From Raillietiella orientalis (Eukaryota): DNA of 64,000 nt. The notes beneath the pieces were generated by a model. That model did not search any database, was not told the origin of the DNA, and was given only the letters and a program-made list of their open reading frames with translations. Of this stretch, positions 58,951 through 64,000 are shown piece by piece; the stretch's first letter is position 1; each line of letters begins with the position of its first letter. The position numbers and the translations under genes were made by a program. The stretch spans positions 992,001 through 1,056,000 of the forward strand of contig JAYWIR010000043.1 in NCBI GenBank assembly GCA_036172245.1. Direction: 5' to 3'.

Positions 58951-59949
58951 TGAAAGTAAGGAACGTCATTTTTCTTCCTCCGTGAGGCTGGCGAGCCTCA
59001 AGGGTGTCATGGGAGGCGATGGTGTGATGCCTCCATCTATGGAATGCATTATTAATGACGCGAACAGCCGACAAAAGTGAGGTCCGCAGGAATGCTCTCC
59101 AGAGTGGCAACGCACCGGAAGATTCGAGAAGCGCTCCCATGGAAACAAAAACGGAACATGAAAAAAAATGAAAAAAATCGGCGCTTTGAAAGCGGGGCCA
59201 TCACACGGTTCATCAGACCGAAGGCATCGGTCCTGATGAACAGCAGTCCGAGACAAACAAATTCGAGTTTTTGCAGGTTCGACGTCAGAGAGTCAGATTG
59301 ACTGCTTGGTTGGTTGGAGATGATTAAATGAGCCACATCCCAAGCAATCGCTTCGTCCGCCGCCGCACGCGATGAGCGTGGCATCCGAGACACGCGCGGC
59401 GGCACAGAGTGAAAGCCAGAGGCCTGCGTTTCGGAACAGGGGAAGCGAGTCGCAGGCTCAGAACGCCCTGTCGTCGTCGCTAAGGACCGCGGTCACTCGG
59501 TGCGTGAGGGAAGGCCAAGTCTCCTCATCAGATCACGAGCGGAGACGGTCCTTTGGTGGAGTCTGGAAGGATTTTCGCATTCTTCCCAAAAGTTGCCCAC
59601 GAAAAGGGCTCGATCCTCTCTATCGATGGCTCGCGGGCATCTGTTGCGTCTCCACACGCGCGCGCTGCGGCCACCACTCGACCCTGCGGACTTTCTGGAC
59701 TCCACGGTCCTTTGGAGGAGCGGCAACCGGGAACGGGTCACAGCCACGCAGCAGCGCTGCTCCTCTGTGGGTTGCCTGCGCGTGGCCGGATTCTCACCTC
59801 CGGGAGATGCAGTGGACCTCAGATGGAGTCCTCAAGGCGTGCCTGGCACGCGTCGAGCTCATGCACTCGCCGTTTGTGCGATCTCGATGGTCCTCCGATG
59901 TCTCTTCCGAGTCCGAGGCCGAGACCACGAAAGCGATGGTCTCGCGGGA

Positions 59950-60480
59950 TCGCTGGGATCTCGCATAACGCCCTCAGGAAACTGGGACGAGGAGTACATG
60001 GGAAAGGAAGTGATGTGATCGAACCTTCAGATCTTCCGGGACACGTGCGCGAGTCACCGACCGATCTCGAAGACCTCGGGATTCCCCTCGCGGCGAGGAC
60101 GAGACGGGTGGGGAATTTCCCCCTCCCCGGCTTCTCTCATACGCTGATGCAATCGAAGAGATGTCTGGATATATCCGGGGAGGGCCATCCTGTGTCTTGA
60201 GCCCGGTTACGCTGCGACAAACAGGCAAAGTGCAATGGGCCCCCTGCATAACCCTACGAAAAAATGGCGGCGGCCCTCGTATAACCTTGCGAATCGGTCC
60301 CACGAGACGCCGTGGGTGAGCGATGCTTCTGTGGTAGAGTGTTCGCTCTTGGATCATCAATTTATGTCGAAGAGGGTGGTTTGGCCTTCCGGGACCCTTC
60401 CATCGACCCGACTTAGACGGCAGCATGGATCTTGCTGGAAGCGTTCCGAGTCGAGCTCACCCCGTATTGGGAACGCGCAA
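59950..60480 (+). mobile_element. Decayed APE endonuclease C-terminal part
   Basis: VGNF (GDFN-like) and VVECSLLDHQFM...HGSCWK (SDH...G-x-W-K). Confidence 0.4.
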
Positions 60481-61369
60481 AATCTGCCGAAGGGTTGACC
60501 GCGGGAAAACCACCGCACAGAAATGCCACTCGTCCTCGCATCTTCACGAAGACGTTCTTCACGGTCGATGGATAAAAAGATGGGCGGGGAGGAGGCGTAT
60601 TCCAGATCCTTCGCTTCCGTGGGCTGTTCACGCCGGGGCTTCTACGGGAGCGCGCGGCGCCGCACGACGGACCCCCGTGCAACGCATCGGATTCGTGCGA
60701 TGCCTGGCCCAGAAAAGCCCTCGCATAACGCGGCGGCGGATGCTCTTCGTGAGGTGCTCTGCAGGTGAATTTCGATCTCTCGGCGGAGTCGAGCAGTTGC
60801 CCAGAGCAACCCGCGCACGTGATTTAGGCAGGCTGGCTCCGGCGCCTCCTTTGACAGGTCCTCCTCTTCCACCAGCGCCGCCGTCACGTGGCGTAGCCGC
60901 CGCTCATCCACGGCCCCGTGAAAGCGAAAGTTCATCTCGGAGATCTCTGGCCGGGGACAAAGGAGAGCGCGCGGGCGAATTCTGTCCCTGCAACGACGAT
61001 GACGGAGATGGAACTATATGGGATCAACTTATACACGTGGAATAAACCATGTGGGATTGTTTACATTCATTACATATCAACAAAACTCTAAAAGGTTCCT
61101 TTCTCCCTTCTTGCTTCATGCCGAACGGCAGTTTTCCCTTTCGTTTTGAAGTGTTCTGACCCCATAACCTCAGAGATACATTTTCCATCTTTTGCAAATA
61201 TCATGGTAAGCCTTCGGAGGAATCCCGAAAGTCTCTCTTTCATGACGTCTCCAATGGAAACCCCGAAGGGAACCGCTCCTTATTTACCTTTGAGGAGGGT
61301 TCCCCCGATTTCCACCCGGACACTTCGGGACATTTCTTAAAATTGAAAACAGACTCATGCATTGTGATA

Positions 61370-62250
61370 GGACACGTAGTTCTACCACACTCCATTTGTC
61401 CACGATCCTGCCGGGTCGCCGGTAAGCAGACCGGCGGGGAAGGGTGGGGGGAGGGGAGAGAGAGAGAAAAAAAACAAAAAGAAAAAATGAAGAATAAATA
61501 AGAAATTTTGCTTCAGGAGGGTCGAGAAGGGACCACCGTCCGAATAAGTCCCAGGTGGAATCCCATCTTTCCATCATCCGCAGGAAGCCAACTACGAACT
61601 GGATGGCCTCCCTTTCGTCTCTCCTTCTGTCGGCTTCGCAATCCCGTGGATGCAGCAGAGCGATGCTGGGGCTGAGGCTGGCTGCAGGGCTTCTCGCACA
61701 ACGAGGAGCCGTAGAACGTCCCTGAGGCTGCCAACCTGGATCCGCAGAGTTGTCCCCGAATGTCCCCATAGGGGTCGGAGGGCAACAGTCCACAAGCAGG
61801 TGCGAGGGGAATTCCCGTTCCGCCCCGCACCTGCGGCAGTCCGGGATCGCCCTCCCAGCGTCCAGAGGTGTCGGTGGACGTTGCTGGGGAAAACCCCAGA
61901 GCAACAGCAGCAGAAGTGCCGACTCTTGCCACGTCAAGGGGAGGGCGCTGCTGTTCTTGAGAGTTGGAGACCACTCCAGGTCTCCGCTAAGAATGCCGGG
62001 CAGCTCTCCCCAGCGCTGTCTTCCTCGTAGAAGGGCAATCGGGGTCGCAGCATCCGCCAGCTGCCCCATGATCCGTCCACTCAGGGTTCCCCCGAAGGGA
62101 GCACTCTTCCAACAACCTGGAGAGGAACTCTCCAGGAGGAGGGGGGATGAACTCCATGTCATAACCGGAGGAGAATCCTGAAGCACTGTGATTCCTGGAA
62201 GGACCCCTGAGATCCCAAGTCCCAATGTTGGGCTGGCCGACGGGAGCACC
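61370..62250 (-). mobile_element. 3' end of a more diverged L1/Tx1-like LINE, copy C
   Basis: WGEL...LKNSSALPLTWQESALLLLLWGFP...CRRCGAEREFPSHLLVDC is homologous to copies A and B, with the same T-rich then C-rich 3' UTR layout. Confidence 0.75.
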
Positions 62251-62349
62251 CGGTCAGCAACTCATGCGAGCGCCATTCCAGTGCCACACCTGAGCCAATG
62301 TCCTGCGGGGAGACTCGAAACTCATGACGTATCGATTCTCTTGCCGATC

Positions 62350-62422
62350 CTCCACGGCAGGATTCGAACCCACGACCTGCTCTTGATGCCGTGCGCGGCA
62401 GCGTAGCCACGCGGCCGCCAAC
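62350..62422 (-). mobile_element. tRNA-derived SINE head or tRNA pseudogene
   Basis: Minus strand has a degenerate A box (TGGCGGCCGCGTGG) and a perfect B box GGTTCGAATCC (62370-62360). No full cloverleaf. Confidence 0.5.
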
Positions 62423-63299
62423 GAGAACCCTTATAACACGGATTCGCACAACGCGGAGGGCATTCTCCGCATTATATGGGGGCGAGGGGGGGGGGGGGAT
62501 ACTGTCTGAAAAATGCAGTCGGAGACGCTACTGACTGGCAGCCTGGCATAGCAAAAGAAGACAGGCACGGTACGTGGGATGAAAGGAGAAAGGAAAAAAT
62601 GAAAAAAAAAGAATAGGCACGTACACCTTTCGGAATCCTAAAAAAAAAAGAGGGTTCACCGGATGCACGCCCAACTGCAACACAGATCGGCGAAGGGTGT
62701 GTGTGTGGAGGGGAGAAGGCCACAAGGAGAATGTTCCACGTGCAGGAACCACTCTGTGTTGTTATTATCCCTCAGGACTGAACGTACTGTCCGAGAGAGC
62801 AGCGCCGCGCGGGCAGGGCGCGGACCGAATGCGCGGACGACGCACGGTTTGGGGAGGAGTAGGGGTCGCTTCCGAGCATTCTCGGTCGTTTCCTGGGGGA
62901 GCTTGGACCCCGTCTCCAGAAGGCGTGAGGAACCTCGTGGGTCGAGTCAGGAGGGCCACGCGGCCGTAGCTGGAGCCAGTGACTTCCAGCAGGGCAATAT
63001 GAATGGGAAAAACTCCCGGCGGCGAGTCCTGGTGACTCCGAACGGTCCTGACCGGGAAGGGAGAGGTGCGGTCAGATCGGGCCGCAGGCGCGCTTCCGAC
63101 GGGCGACCCTCCTCCCCTGTTTCCAACTGCGGATTTTCCCCTTTGCTATGCTCACATATGCCCCGTCCCTTGGCCAGCAGCGAAGGACTCTCCCTTCGCT
63201 GCTGCCGCGCTGCTGACAGGATGTCGGCATTCGGAGCTTCTCTGAGGATCCAGTCTCCCTCTCTCTACAAAAAGATCGCCGCGGCTGAGCGGGAATGCC

Positions 63300-64000
63300 C
63301 GAAGGCAGAAAAACACCTGGGCTGCAGCCCTGGAGCTCCCGTGTCCTGAGGAACTTCGTCCCCTGCGATCTCTCCCGATCCAGTCTCTAGGGGACGTCCA
63401 GCGGTAATGAGCGATGGTGATCCCGAGTGGACGCCACATTCCTTGCCCTGTGTGTCCCCTGGAGACTGCGGTTGCCGGCATCGCACCACTGCGGAAGCGA
63501 CCGAACTCCTCGGTAGCTGGAAGACGAGCGAGCTGTCGGACGAACGCCGCCACCCCACGTTGTCAAGACGACGGACTGCTTCGGCGGAGAGAACTCTTGA
63601 GATTGACACTCCGAAGGAACGTTGGTCCCTTCCCTGTATTTGGGCACTTTGGTGCTCCCTCTGGAATAGGAGCACGGAATGTGCTCTCTGTTCGCAGGGA
63701 GGGAGAACCCCAGCGCAGCGCGCGCTGGCGTCTCGTTTCCAGGGAGCCGCATCCCCACGCATTCTGAGGTGCGGGGAGGATCCTATCGTCCCACATCCCA
63801 GGAGGTTGCTGGACTTGAGTTCCCTCCCCCCCTTCGCAAACCGTGGCAGAGGCTGGCCCTCGGCGCTGCTGCGCCCGGAGGACACCACCGCCAAGGACTT
63901 GCCGCAGCGCGATTCTTCGCGCGTACGGCAGACCGTTGGCAAGCGCCGTGAACGCGAGATCGTGCTGCGCTCGCTCCCATCGTGACAGCCCGCCGCGTGC
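63300..64000 (-). mobile_element. Decayed R2/NeSL-type post-RT region, running off the window end
   Basis: EGQPLP...LLG, APWKR, VRRLD...FQLPRS resemble the thumb and linker of restriction-like-endonuclease elements. Confidence 0.4.

Noticed and set aside
1..64000. CRISPR arrays, rRNA genes, intact tRNAs, telomeric arrays, prokaryotic operons
   Set aside because: None seen; the sequence is eukaryotic with spliceosomal introns.

Overview
Animal genomic DNA, probably an ecdysozoan: it has spliced genes and a singles-bar orthologue. Compact, AT-richer gene islands with very short introns (40-75 nt) hold the 3' end of G-alpha-s, cytosolic Hsp90 with heat-shock elements, a TEX14-like ankyrin pseudokinase, SEH1 and a convergent DUF7153-like gene. 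GC-rich blocks (about 14-31 kb and 47-64 kb) are filled with badly decayed non-LTR retrotransposon relics (L1/Tx1-like and R2/NeSL-like). The first block hides a 4-exon singles bar (MARVEL) gene, and a hAT transposase relic lies at about 44-46 kb. The most striking observation is in the unusually long coding intron of Hsp90. It carries CTAACCCTAA (a template-like complement of TTAGGG), alternative stems, a box-H motif, a long hairpin and an ACA box, making it a candidate intron-hosted telomerase RNA or H/ACA RNA. All calls were made by eye; no searches or folding programs were run.
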